Assembly (NCBI GenBank): GCA_021776775.1
Contig: JAJFFE010000175.1
Coordinates: 12,562 to 76,561 of the forward strand
From: Planctomycetota bacterium
GTDB taxonomy: Bacteria > Planctomycetota > UBA8108 > UBA1146 > JAJFFE01
Length of the DNA stretch: 64,000 nucleotides
Direction: 5' to 3'
A program made the translations under genes and the position numbers. Positions 38,068-47,600 of the stretch are shown one piece after another. The number at the start of each line of letters is the position of its first letter. Position 1 is the stretch's first letter. The notes below the pieces were generated by a model that did not search any database, was not told the origin of the DNA, and worked only from the letters and a program-made list of their open reading frames with translations.

Positions 38068-39795
38068 ATGAGCAACAAACCCAAAGCCGGCTTCTACATC
38101 GTTGCGTTCCTGGTGGTCGCGACGCTGGTCTCCTACGCGGTCTACCGCTTCACTTCCGGCGACGGCGGTGGCGCTGAACCGGGTGGCAAAGGAACCTTCA
38201 GCGCCGACGAGATGAAACAACTGAAAACGCCGGCCGAAGACGCGGCCGGCACCGGTATCACCACCGTCAAGGAATACAACTGGGTCGCCTCGGCGCGTCT
38301 GCCGGAGGTCAAGGGTGTCTCCGGCTACAAGGCGATGACCGACCGTACCGTCAGGTTCGCCATCAACGTGTGGGCAGGATGGGGACCGATCATTCATGCC
38401 AACCAAGGGTTCGCGCCCGGGAAGATCTGGACGACGCCCGGCGGTGAGCCGTTCAAGGTGGAGCTGGTCCTGATCGACGATCCAATCGCGATGCGCGACG
38501 CCTACGCGGCGGGCGCGGTTCACGTGGGATGGGCGACGCTCGACATGGTGCCGCTCTTCCTGGAATCGTTGGGCGCCGACTCCCGCGTGCAGCCTCGCAT
38601 TTACCAACAGGTCGATTGGTCCAACGGCGGCGACGGCATCGTGGTGCGCGAGTCCATCCGTTCAGTGGGAGATTTGCGCGGCAAGACGGTCGTGCTGGCT
38701 CAGAACTCGCCCTCGCACTTCTTCCTGCTGAACGCGCTGGTGAACGCTGGCGTCCAGCCGGCCGAGGTGAACATGAAATTCACCCAGGACGCATTCCAAG
38801 CCGCAGCGGCGTTCAACGCCGACAAGTCGCTCGCCGGCTGCGTGAGTTGGGCTCCGGACATCTACAACCTGTCGGAGGTTCGTGGCAATCGGATGCTGGT
38901 CACCTCGGCCACCGCCAACCGGCTGATCGCAGATGTGTGGTTCGCTCGCGCCGACTTCGCCAAGGACCACGGCGACGTCGCCGAGGGGCTAGTCCGCGGG
39001 ATTTTCGATGCGATGATCGATCTCAAAGAGGAGTCCGCGCGGCAAGCGCTCGCGAAGCTCATGTCCGACGGCTACTCGATCCCGCCCGACGAGTGTCTCG
39101 GCATGCTCGGTGACGCGCACTCCACGAACTACGCCGAGAACCGCGAGTTCTTTCTGAACCAGAACAACCCGACCAACTTCGAGCGCACCTGGGATTCAGC
39201 GTACTTCCTGTACAAGCGGATCGGCGCGGTCTCCAAGAAGATCAAGTTCGACAAGGTGATGGACTTCTCGATCATCAAGAAACTCGCAGGGGAGCCCAAG
39301 TACGCCGATCAGAAAAACGAGTACGAGTTCCAGTTCGCTCCGACGTCGGCCAGCGCGTTCGACGTCGAAGACCCCATCCTCACCAAGACAGTGGTGATCC
39401 ACTTCTTCCCCAACAGCTGGGACCTCGGCAAGAAGATCACCAAGAAGGTCGGCGGTAAGGACCGCGAGGAACTCTACGATCCCAACGCTGGCTTTGTCAT
39501 CGAGGAAGTCGGAAAGCTTGCCGGCCAGTACGGTGCGGCGCGCATCGTGATCGAAGGGCATACCGATGCGTCCATGAGAGGACGGACCTCTCCGGGGCTT
39601 CTCAAGGAGCTCTCCATGAATCGCGCCAACTCGGTCAAGCAAGAGATCGTGCGCCAGTTCTCGAGCCTACAGCCGAATCAGTTCTCGACCTCCGGCGTCG
39701 GTTGGGATCGGCCCGCCGACCAGAGTGATCCGAACAACCACGCCAAGAACCGCCGCGTCGAGATCAAGGTCTACCCGGCGGAGGCGCCCAAGTAA
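38068..39795 (+). CDS. NMT1/SsuA-like ABC substrate-binding protein with N-terminal TM anchor, fused to a C-terminal OmpA-like peptidoglycan-binding domain
   Basis: TM FYIVAFLVVATLVSYAVY. SBP body (taurine/sulfonate/nitrate family). C-terminal OmpA_C signature IEGHTDASMRG...NRANSVKQEIV...NRRVEIKV. Confidence 0.8.
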   Translation: MSNKPKAGFYIVAFLVVATLVSYAVYRFTSGDGGGAEPGGKGTFSADEMKQLKTPAEDAAGTGITTVKEYNWVASARLPEVKGVSGYKAMTDRTVRFAINVWAGWGPIIHANQGFAPGKIWTTPGGEPFKVELVLIDDPIAMRDAYAAGAVHVGWATLDMVPLFLESLGADSRVQPRIYQQVDWSNGGDGIVVRESIRSVGDLRGKTVVLAQNSPSHFFLLNALVNAGVQPAEVNMKFTQDAFQAAAAFNADKSLAGCVSWAPDIYNLSEVRGNRMLVTSATANRLIADVWFARADFAKDHGDVAEGLVRGIFDAMIDLKEESARQALAKLMSDGYSIPPDECLGMLGDAHSTNYAENREFFLNQNNPTNFERTWDSAYFLYKRIGAVSKKIKFDKVMDFSIIKKLAGEPKYADQKNEYEFQFAPTSASAFDVEDPILTKTVVIHFFPNSWDLGKKITKKVGGKDREELYDPNAGFVIEEVGKLAGQYGAARIVIEGHTDASMRGRTSPGLLKELSMNRANSVKQEIVRQFSSLQPNQFSTSGVGWDRPADQSDPNNHAKNRRVEIKVYPAEAPK

Positions 39796-39797
39796 TC

Positions 39798-40616
39798 ATG
39801 AGTTCCCTTTCCGACTTCTTCCAGCTTCGGGTGCAGCCCCCGCGAATGACGCGGTGGGCTCTCGGTCTGAGCGCGGTGCTGGCGGTCCTCGCAATATGGT
39901 GGTTCGTGACCTCCGGCGAAGAGCTGGAGTATCGAATCGTTCCGCAGGGCAGCCTTCCGAGCCCGGGCGAAGTGCTCGACAGCGCCGGCGCGCTCTTCGG
40001 CGACCGACCGTTCTTCAAGAGCGTTCAGGCAACGTTGGAGCGCGTCTTCATGGGTTTCGCACTGGCGATCTTGGTCGGCGTTCCGCTCGGAGTGCTCGCC
40101 GCGTCTTGGCGCGGGATCGAAGCGTTCCTCGCGCCGATCAGCCTGTTCGGGCGGAACATCCCCATCGCCGCTTTGATCCCGTTGAGTTTGTTCTGGTTCG
40201 GTACCGGCGAGTTCCAGAAGGCGATGTTCATTTTCGTCGCATGCGTGCCGTTCGTCTTCGGCAATACCGTGCAGGCCGTGCTCGCCGTCGAAGATCGTTA
40301 CGTCGAGACGGCGCTCACACTCGGCGCCACACGGTGGCAGATCGTGCGCAAGGTGCTCTTGCCACTCGCTCTTCCGCAAATCTATGACGGCCTGCGCATC
40401 CTGTTCGGATTGGCGTTCGGCTACCTCATGTTGACCGAAGCGATCGACACGCCGTTCGGGTTGGGGAAACTCATCGACGGAAGCCGGCGCGTTGGACCTA
40501 AGGAACACGTTTACCTGATCCTCTTCGCGATCCTCCTGATCGCCTATCCGATCGATCGGCTCCTCTGGTTCTTGCACCGCGGGCTCTTTCCGCACACCGT
40601 GAAGGAGCAGGAGTGA
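39798..40616 (+). CDS. ABC transporter permease (SsuC/TauC/NrtB family)
   Basis: EAA-loop-containing binding-protein-dependent permease with 6 TM helices. Translationally coupled to the flanking genes. Confidence 0.85.
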   Translation: MSSLSDFFQLRVQPPRMTRWALGLSAVLAVLAIWWFVTSGEELEYRIVPQGSLPSPGEVLDSAGALFGDRPFFKSVQATLERVFMGFALAILVGVPLGVLAASWRGIEAFLAPISLFGRNIPIAALIPLSLFWFGTGEFQKAMFIFVACVPFVFGNTVQAVLAVEDRYVETALTLGATRWQIVRKVLLPLALPQIYDGLRILFGLAFGYLMLTEAIDTPFGLGKLIDGSRRVGPKEHVYLILFAILLIAYPIDRLLWFLHRGLFPHTVKEQE

Positions 40617-41455
40617 CGGTCTACGAATCCGGCACGCCCGATCCGACTTCGCCGCATCGGCCCCCGATCGTACAGTTCGAGAGCGTGACCAAGACGTACG
40701 CGGCGGGCACTGATCGAGCGTTCACCGCCGTCGAGAACGTGAACTTCACCGTCGAGGACCAGATCGACCATGGCGAACTGATCGCGGTCCTCGGTCCGAG
40801 CGGTTGCGGCAAGTCGACGATTCTGCGACTGATCGCTGGCCTACGCCCCCAGTTCCCCGCCACCGAAGGCGAGGTGCGGGTGGCCGGCAGTCCGGTCGCC
40901 GGACCCGGGGCCGACCGCGGTATGGTTTTTCAGGGGTACACCTCGTTCGACAACCGGAGCGTGTTGCGAAACGTTGCATTCGGGCTGGAGTGCCGCGGGA
41001 TGCCACGCGAGGAACGTGAAGAGCGTGCGCGCGAGTGGATCGGCAAGGTCGGTCTCGACGTCGACCAAGACTCGAGCAAGTACCCGTTCCAGCTCTCGGG
41101 CGGAATGCGGCAGCGGGTCGCAATTGCTCGGAGCCTGGTACTGTCACCCCGCATCATGTTGATGGACGAGCCGTTCGGCGCCCTCGATCCCACGACCCGC
41201 TTTCGCATGCAAGATCTTCTCGTCGACTTGTGGAGGGAGCAGGAGGCGACGGTGTTCTTCGTCACTCACTCGATCGAGGAGGCGGTCTACCTCGGACAAC
41301 GCATCCTGATCTTGTCGAGCTCGCCGGGTACTGTCGTTCGAGATATCGAGGTTCCGCACCCGGATCGTCCCGCGCGGGAGATGCAACGTGAACCGACCTT
41401 CGTGGAAACGGTGTTCGAGATTCGAGAGACCATCGAACAGTTGGAAGCAGACTGA
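40613..41455 (+). CDS. ABC transporter ATP-binding protein (SsuB/NrtD-like)
   Basis: Walker A GPSGCGKST. Signature LSGGMRQRVAIARSL. Walker B LLMDEPFGALD. H-loop VTHS. Confidence 0.9.
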   Translation: MTVYESGTPDPTSPHRPPIVQFESVTKTYAAGTDRAFTAVENVNFTVEDQIDHGELIAVLGPSGCGKSTILRLIAGLRPQFPATEGEVRVAGSPVAGPGADRGMVFQGYTSFDNRSVLRNVAFGLECRGMPREEREERAREWIGKVGLDVDQDSSKYPFQLSGGMRQRVAIARSLVLSPRIMLMDEPFGALDPTTRFRMQDLLVDLWREQEATVFFVTHSIEEAVYLGQRILILSSSPGTVVRDIEVPHPDRPAREMQREPTFVETVFEIRETIEQLEAD

Positions 41456-41463
41456 TCGAGCCT

Positions 41464-42366
41464 ATGGCGAAAACGAGACGCGGTGGCGCAGGAGTTTGGG
41501 AGTATCTAAAGGGGGCGTTCCTTTTTCGTTGGAACCTGCTCTTCGGGGCCGGTGCAGTGATCCTGGCCGCCCTGAGCCCGGCCCCGGAAGTCCTGTTGCC
41601 GCTGGTCGCGGCCGCCGAAGCGACTTATCTCATGGGGATGGTCGCGTCGCCTCGATTCCGCACCGCGATCGACGCACGTGAACACGCATCGCGTCGCAAG
41701 ACCCCCGAGGCCGGGCCTAGTTCGACCGCAACGCCGTCGCTCGACACTCTGGTGGCGGGGATGTCGCCATCGGGTCGTCGCCGCTTCGAAGAGCTGCGAG
41801 CGCGTTGCCTCGAGATGCGATCGATCGCCGCGGGCGTCGGAGGCCGGACCGGCTCCGGGCGGCGCTCCGCGAGCGAGGTCTCGAGCCCCGGTCTCGACAA
41901 GCTTCTCTGGATGTTCCTCCGCCTCATGATTTCGCAGTCGTCGCTCGAGAACTTCCTCGCGTCCACCGATGAGTCGCAGATCCGGAAGCAGCTCGGTCAG
42001 ACGAAAGAGAAACTCGCCAAGGCCGAAGAGGACAGCGACGAGCGGCTGATCCGATCGCTTCGCGACAGTCTCGCCACCGGCGAGCTACGCCTCGACAACT
42101 ACGCGAAAGCGGAAGCCAACGCGGAGTTCGTGGCGGTCGAACTCGATAGACTCGAGGGCAAGATTCAAACGTTGAGCGAAATGGCGATCAATCGTCAAGA
42201 TCCGGACTTTCTCAGCCGCGAGGTCGACTCGGTGGCGGCCAGCATGCAAGCAACCGAAGTAGCGATGGAAGAGTTGGCCCTCGTCGACGGACTGATCGAT
42301 GGGCTCACCGATCAACCGTCCATCTTGGAGGCGGACCTGAGAGGAGTGTTGGGCAATGAAGCCTGA
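41464..42366 (+). CDS. Membrane protein with two N-terminal TM helices and a ~170-aa C-terminal coiled-coil domain
   Basis: TMs LLFGAGAVILAALSPAPEVLLPLVAAAEATYLMGMV. Long heptad-repeat C-terminus (QLGQTKEKLAKAEEDSDERLIRSLRDSL...). Its stop overlaps the downstream AAA+ ATPase start by 11 nt. Confidence 0.6.
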   Translation: MAKTRRGGAGVWEYLKGAFLFRWNLLFGAGAVILAALSPAPEVLLPLVAAAEATYLMGMVASPRFRTAIDAREHASRRKTPEAGPSSTATPSLDTLVAGMSPSGRRRFEELRARCLEMRSIAAGVGGRTGSGRRSASEVSSPGLDKLLWMFLRLMISQSSLENFLASTDESQIRKQLGQTKEKLAKAEEDSDERLIRSLRDSLATGELRLDNYAKAEANAEFVAVELDRLEGKIQTLSEMAINRQDPDFLSREVDSVAASMQATEVAMEELALVDGLIDGLTDQPSILEADLRGVLGNEA

Positions 42367-44173
42367 ACGCGATGACGAGGCCGATCTGTCAGCTGCCCCA
42401 CGTCCCGGATTGCAGGGTCTCGGATTACAGGATCTCGGACTGCCCGAGGGTTATCCCGAGTGGGCCGCGCGATTGGCCGAGCTCTACTTCTCGGGAACCA
42501 CCTCGACGTTCGTGCTGCATGGCAACGTCTTCGATCACATTCCGATGGGATCCGGGAAGAAGTCGCGGTTCACCCACTTGTCCGGCGTCTTGGCCGACGA
42601 TCTCTTCGGCAGCTGGGATCTCGTGTTTAGCTACGACCTAGCGACCGGGCTACGCGCCCTCGCCGGCCGCGGCAAGGATCGGCTGCGCGAAATGGTCGCA
42701 CTGGCCAATCGGAAGTTCGGAGACTTCCAGGAGATCCCTCGCGACCCGACTCACACCCTCGCCTACCTCGACCGAGTCGTGCGTCGCAACCTGCTAGCCG
42801 ACGAGGAAGACCGCCTCAGCATCGCCATCGTGATCGATCACGCCTCGTACGTGGTTCCGCGAGGCCAGCCCGGGCAGCTCAACCTTTCCGCGTCGACCAA
42901 CCTCGTCACGATCCTCAACTGGGCGACCAGCCCGTACCTCAAGCGACTCAATATGGCGGTGATGTTGGTCGATCCGAGACTCGCCACGCTGAGCGAACGA
43001 CTCACCGGAAACTCGCACGTGGCGACCCTCGAGGTCAAGCTCCCGACCGAGTCGGAGCGGCGCCGGTTCATCGAGTTCACGGCCGAGAGCGTCGAGTTCG
43101 AGAAGTTCTCGGACTTCTCCGTCGAAGAGCTCGCCAATCTGACGGCGGGGATTTCACTCTCGGACCTCGACACCATGGTGCGATCCGCGCAGAAAGCAGG
43201 ACGACGACTCGACTCGGGTCTGTTTCGCCGCCTCAAGAAGCGCCTCCTCGAACGGCAGTGCGAAGGCCTCCTCGAGTTCATCGAACCGAAGTGGAGCCTC
43301 GACATGGTGGTCGGGCACAAAGCGGCGAAGGCGAGACTCACCGGCGACGCGGAACTCCTCAAGCGTGGCCGACTGGGGAGCGTCCCGATGGGCTACCTCC
43401 TGTGTGGTCCCGTCGGAACCGGCAAGAGCTTCCTCGCCCAATGCGCGTCGGGTTCGCTGGGAGTGCCGTGTGTCATGCTCAAGAACTTCCGCTCGAAGTA
43501 CGTCGGCGAGACCGAAGGTAACCTCGAGAAGGTCCTCTCGGTGTTGCGTGCGATGGGGCCGGTGGTGGTGATCATCGATGAGGCCGACGCGATGCTCGGC
43601 AACCGAGGTTCGGACGGCGACTCCGGGACCTCGAGTCGCGTCTTCGCCATGATCGCGGCGCAAATGGGCAACACGCAGTACCGCGGAAAGATCCTCTGGA
43701 TGCTGCTGACGTGTCGCCCAGATCTCCTGCCCATCGACCTCAAGCGTCAGGGGCGCGCCGAAATCCACATCCCCATGTTCTACCCTTCCGAACAAGAGGA
43801 ACTCCGCGAGCTGTTCGAGGTGCTCGCCCGCAAACTCGGCGCAGACCTCGACCCCCAAGACATCCCACCCATCCCCCATCTCGGCGATCTTTCGGGGGCA
43901 GACATCGAGGGAATCGTCGGCCGCGCCCAGCGCGCGGCGCTCCTGGCGGGAGCGGAGAAAATCACGCGCGAGATCCTGGAGCAGGCGGTCGGCCAGTTCA
44001 TGCCGTCGACCCGCAGTCTCGAGCGCAAGCTGCAAGAAATCGCCGCGATCATCGAGTGCACCGATCGCGAGTTTCTCCCGTCGCACATCGCAAAAGATCT
44101 CGAGGCGTCCGGCGGTCGCGAAAAGCTGCAAGAAGAACTGACAACACTCAAGAGACTCGTCGAGAGTCTCTAA
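42356..44173 (+). CDS. AAA+ ATPase, classic-AAA clade, with a degenerate P-loop-like N-terminal domain and a canonical C-terminal AAA domain
   Basis: C-terminal domain has Walker A GPVGTGKSF, Walker B VVVIIDEADA and a second region of homology LTCRPDLLPIDLKRQGRAE. N-terminal half (FVLHGNVFD..IVIDHASYV) looks like an inactivated nucleotide-binding domain. Confidence 0.8.
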   Translation: MKPERDDEADLSAAPRPGLQGLGLQDLGLPEGYPEWAARLAELYFSGTTSTFVLHGNVFDHIPMGSGKKSRFTHLSGVLADDLFGSWDLVFSYDLATGLRALAGRGKDRLREMVALANRKFGDFQEIPRDPTHTLAYLDRVVRRNLLADEEDRLSIAIVIDHASYVVPRGQPGQLNLSASTNLVTILNWATSPYLKRLNMAVMLVDPRLATLSERLTGNSHVATLEVKLPTESERRRFIEFTAESVEFEKFSDFSVEELANLTAGISLSDLDTMVRSAQKAGRRLDSGLFRRLKKRLLERQCEGLLEFIEPKWSLDMVVGHKAAKARLTGDAELLKRGRLGSVPMGYLLCGPVGTGKSFLAQCASGSLGVPCVMLKNFRSKYVGETEGNLEKVLSVLRAMGPVVVIIDEADAMLGNRGSDGDSGTSSRVFAMIAAQMGNTQYRGKILWMLLTCRPDLLPIDLKRQGRAEIHIPMFYPSEQEELRELFEVLARKLGADLDPQDIPPIPHLGDLSGADIEGIVGRAQRAALLAGAEKITREILEQAVGQFMPSTRSLERKLQEIAAIIECTDREFLPSHIAKDLEASGGREKLQEELTTLKRLVESL

Positions 44174-44207
44174 GTCGACGCAACCCTAACGAAAAGTGAG
44201 AGTATCC

Positions 44208-44495
44208 ATGGCAAGGGCGAGCTGGTTCGACGATGCGACCGAGGTCCCGCACTTGGCGGAGAAAGTAAACGAGCTCGATGCATTCGCGAACGCGATGGCC
44301 GACGGCCGCGTCGACAAGAACGAACTGGAGGCGCAACAGGAGCGACTGATCGCGGCCATGAAGACGGTCGAGGCCGACCTCAGTGACGAACAGCACGCCA
44401 AGGTGACGGTACTCCTGGTCGAGCTGACGGCGTACGACATCATGCGCACGCTCCACGAACTCCAAGTCGAACGACTGCGCGGCAAGTTCAAGTAG
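44208..44495 (+). CDS. Small all-helical hypothetical protein (95 aa)
   Basis: ORF from the table (44196..44495). Start taken at MARASWFDD. Charged helical composition. Last gene of the co-directional pspA cluster. Confidence 0.45.
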   Translation: MARASWFDDATEVPHLAEKVNELDAFANAMADGRVDKNELEAQQERLIAAMKTVEADLSDEQHAKVTVLLVELTAYDIMRTLHELQVERLRGKFK

Positions 44496-44559
44496 CGCTC
44501 CGAATAATCCGGCGAGTAGCTTTGCGCTCTGGTTCGATCCACGCCGTGAACGGCCCGAC

Positions 44560-46911
44560 GTGCTCACCCGCTATCCGGCCGCGCTACTTGCGGGCGTGAC
44601 TCGTCGACGCAAGAGACGACGCGAACATCGTGAGAGCGAAGACAACTCCCATGCCGACGACGGCGAGTACGGCGGGGAGACCTGTCGCGTCACTGTCACA
44701 GCTTCCCCAGCCTTCGACGCGAGTAGCTTGTCGAGGTTGCTCTCCTCCCTGGGCCTCGCGGCTGGAATCGGCATCGGGGCGGCTCTTCAGGGCGTCGCTG
44801 GTGCATGGCTGGTTCGGAAGTTCGTCGGCATTCCCACGCGGCTGATCGACTCGAGGCAGGTGTTTGGCTTCATGGCCGTCGGCGGCCTGGTCGGTTGTGT
44901 GGTTGCGCCGACCTGGGGTGTCTCTACCCTCGTCGTGTGGGGTCTTGTTCCCCATGACGACTTCACATTTCACTGGTTCACGTGGTGGGTGGGTGACGCG
45001 ATCGGCGTCTTGATCTTTGCGCCGCTTCTGGTGCTCTGGCTCGAGCCCAACAATCGAGTCGCTCGTGGCGCCCTGGCCTGGATCACGACCGCGTCGTGTC
45101 TGACTTGTGCGCTGGCGACGGTCCTCTACTTGATCGCAAGCAATGCCGAGCAGAATCGCCTGGAGCAAGACTTCCACCGCCGGGTCACTCCAGTTCATCA
45201 GCGGATCGCGAATCGCCTAGACTCCTACGCTGCGGCACTCGAGTCGATCGAGAGCCTCTTCTAAAGCTCAATGGAGGTTGATCGGGGCGAGTTTCGCAAG
45301 TTCACCACGAAACTTCTGAGTCGCTATCGCGGCCTGCAGGCCGTTTCGTGGAATCCGATCATCGAGGCGGGATATCGACTCGCCTATGAACAGGCCATGC
45401 GAGTCGAGGGGATCTCCGGATTTCAGATCAAGGAGCGTGACGAGAGTGGGCGCTTGGTGCGCGCTGGTTCTCGCCCCGAGTACGTGACGGTGCATTTCAT
45501 CGAGCCACTCGATCGCAACCAGGCGGCTCTGGGTTTCGACGTGGCTTCGGACTCGACGCGGCGAAGCGCGATCGAGCGCGCGTTCACGACGCGTCTCCCT
45601 GCCGCCACCGCCCGCATCACTCTCATACAGGATGACGAGAGTCAGTTCGGGGTCCTGATACTCGATCCACTGCTGGAGGTAGATCAGAACGGACACGAAG
45701 ATGTCCGGGGGTTCGTGGTGGGAGTGTTTCGCCTGGCGGACATGGTGCGGGAGTCGCTCGCGACCCATGATCTCGATGATCTCAGCTTGACCATGTCCGA
45801 TCTTTCGGCCGAGCCAGGGAGCCGGCTGCTGTTTGCGAGTTCGCCATCAGATCCGACCGCTTCTGCTGCTTCTGATCCTGGTGCGACACTTCTTCAACAG
45901 CGGACGGATGTTGAGTTCGCCGGCCGGAATTGGGAGCTCCATACTCTCGCGAAGCCGAGCTACCTGCGTTCGACACGGAGCCTCGACGCTTGGCTCATCC
46001 TCGTGGCCGGTTTGTTGTTTACGGGACTACTCGGCGCCTTCTTGCTGGTGCTCAACGGCAACGCTGTGGTCGAGGCCAGGCGATCGACCGAACTGGCCAC
46101 GACGAATGACGAGCTGACTCGTTCGGTCACGGCTCTCCGGGAGGCAGAGAACGCACTGCAGCTGTCGAACAAGGAGCTGACGCGGCACAACGACGAGATG
46201 GAACAGTTCATCTACACCGCCTCTCATGACTTGAAGACCCCCCTGGTGACGATCAACGGTTTCATGGCCGTTCTGAACGACGAGATTCAAGCGGGTGATC
46301 AAGACCAGATCGCGGATTCTATGAAGCGCATCAAATCGGCTGCGACGCGGATGGGGCAACTGATCGAGGATCTTCTGCAGATCAGCCGCATCGGTCGCAC
46401 CGAGGACGAGACGGAGATCGTCGATGTGGAATCTCTCGTCGCCGAGCTCGTCGATGAGCGCCGCCATCAGCTGAGTCAGCGTGACATCGCGTTCGAAGTT
46501 CAGCCGGGCCTGCCAGCCTCGATGGCCGATCGAACCCGACTCATGCAGGTCTTCGACAATCTGATCGGTAACGCTGTCAAGTACGGTTGTGCAGAAGGTC
46601 CGGGCAAAATCTCGATCGGCGGGACGGTCCGCGAAGGGCTTTCAGAGTACTTCGTACGGGATACCGGCCCCGGGATTCCGCCCGAGTTTCACGATAGGGT
46701 GTTCCGACTCTTTACTCGACTGAAGAGCGACAAGGATGGAACCGGAGTCGGCCTGGCGATTGTCAAGCGAGTCGTGGAGCACTACGGCGGCATGGTCTGG
46801 GTAGAGCGCGACCTTCCGGTGGGGGCAGGGTTTCGTTTCACCATTCCCCACGGCGCCGACGCGGAAGTGGACGACGCTGAAGCCAGCGACCGAGAAGTCT
46901 CGCTGGCGTAG
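44560..46911 (+). pseudogene. Sensor histidine kinase (MASE1-like membrane module, CHASE domain, TM, HisKA, HATPase_c). Interrupted by an in-frame TAA at 45262-45264 and 5'-truncated at the repeat C1 junction.
   Basis: 44560-45261 and 45271-46911 are in the same frame, separated by one stop. The upstream part has about 4 TM helices (partial MASE1) and its first ~40 codons are antisense to repeat C1. The downstream part has a CHASE pattern (YVTVHFIEPLDRNQAALGFDVASDSTRRSAIERA), a TM, H-box HDLKTPLVTINGF, and N/G boxes (GNAVKYG, DTGPGIP, GTGVGLAIV). Confidence 0.65.
44585..44682. repeat. Direct repeat C, copy 1: duplicate of the 3' end of the DUF368 gene at 56110-56205 (~85-90% identical, about 98 bp)
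   Basis: Minus-strand translation gives PAVLAVVGMGVVFALTMFASSLASTSHARK-stop. The authentic DUF368 C-terminus is PAVLAVVGVAAVFALTMFASSLASTSHARK-stop. Confidence 0.85.
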
Positions 46912-46953
46912 CTGGGAGTCCGTTCGAAGGCGGTATCCCAGTCTTGGCTCTCG

Positions 46954-47172
46954 TTGGCCGAAGATCGTAGAGCCCGGGACTGGGTGCATCGCAATGTGCT
47001 CGGGGACAACCAATACGTCAAACTGACCGGTGAAGACACCGGCGGAGCGTACGCCCTCATCGAGCAAGTGAACACGATAGGCACCGGTATCCCGCGACAC
47101 GCTCACCACAACGAGCAAGAGACGTTCTACATCAACATCATCGAAGGCGAGTACGAGTTCAAGCCGTCTTGA
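46954..47172 (+). pseudogene. Cupin-domain protein fragment (TTG start), C-terminally truncated just upstream of the IS91 remnant
   Basis: GAYALIEQVNTIGTGIPRHAHHNEQETFYINIIEGEYEF matches the first cupin motif. The second motif (GxxxxxPxGxxH) is missing because the ORF stops at 47172. Confidence 0.45.
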
Positions 47173-47238
47173 CCTGGACGAACCTGAGTTGGCCAAACCC
47201 GAAGTCCACGCCGCGCGACCTTCCCTTGGGATACGCGC

Positions 47239-47600
47239 ATGGCCGAGGGCCTCCACGCGCTCGGGTCACCGGCGTATCATCCCCGCCGCCCGGGCAACGC
47301 CCTCACCCGCATCGTCGAAGATCATCTCGATGAGCTGCGCAACTGCTACGACGAACGGTTCGCCGGCACCTACGGTCCCCTCGCGCCGCGCGTGCTCGAT
47401 TTGTTCGAGCGCTTCGCCCGCTGTGGCGATGCTTACTTTGGTCTTCTTCGGTTGCGATGTGAGGATTGCGGTCACGAACGGTTCCTTCCGTCTCGTGCAA
47501 AGCGCGCGTGCTCTGCCCGTCTTGTGGCAAACGAAGGTCGATCGAATGGGCCGAGCGCATGGTCGAGGAGGTTCTGCCCTACCGTGAGTCGCGGTTCTTC
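47239..47600 (+). mobile_element. IS91/ISCR-family transposase remnant: N-terminal zinc-binding domain only, with an internal frameshift
   Basis: RCGDAYFGLLRLRCEDCGHERFLP in frame 1 continues in frame 0 as SCKARVLCPSCGKRRSIEWAERMVEEVLPYRE. This is the IS91 Zn-binding domain pattern (RCG..GF.R.RC..CGHE...SCK.R.CPSCG.RR....A..LV.EVLP). No HUH/Y2 catalytic domain follows. Confidence 0.65.
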
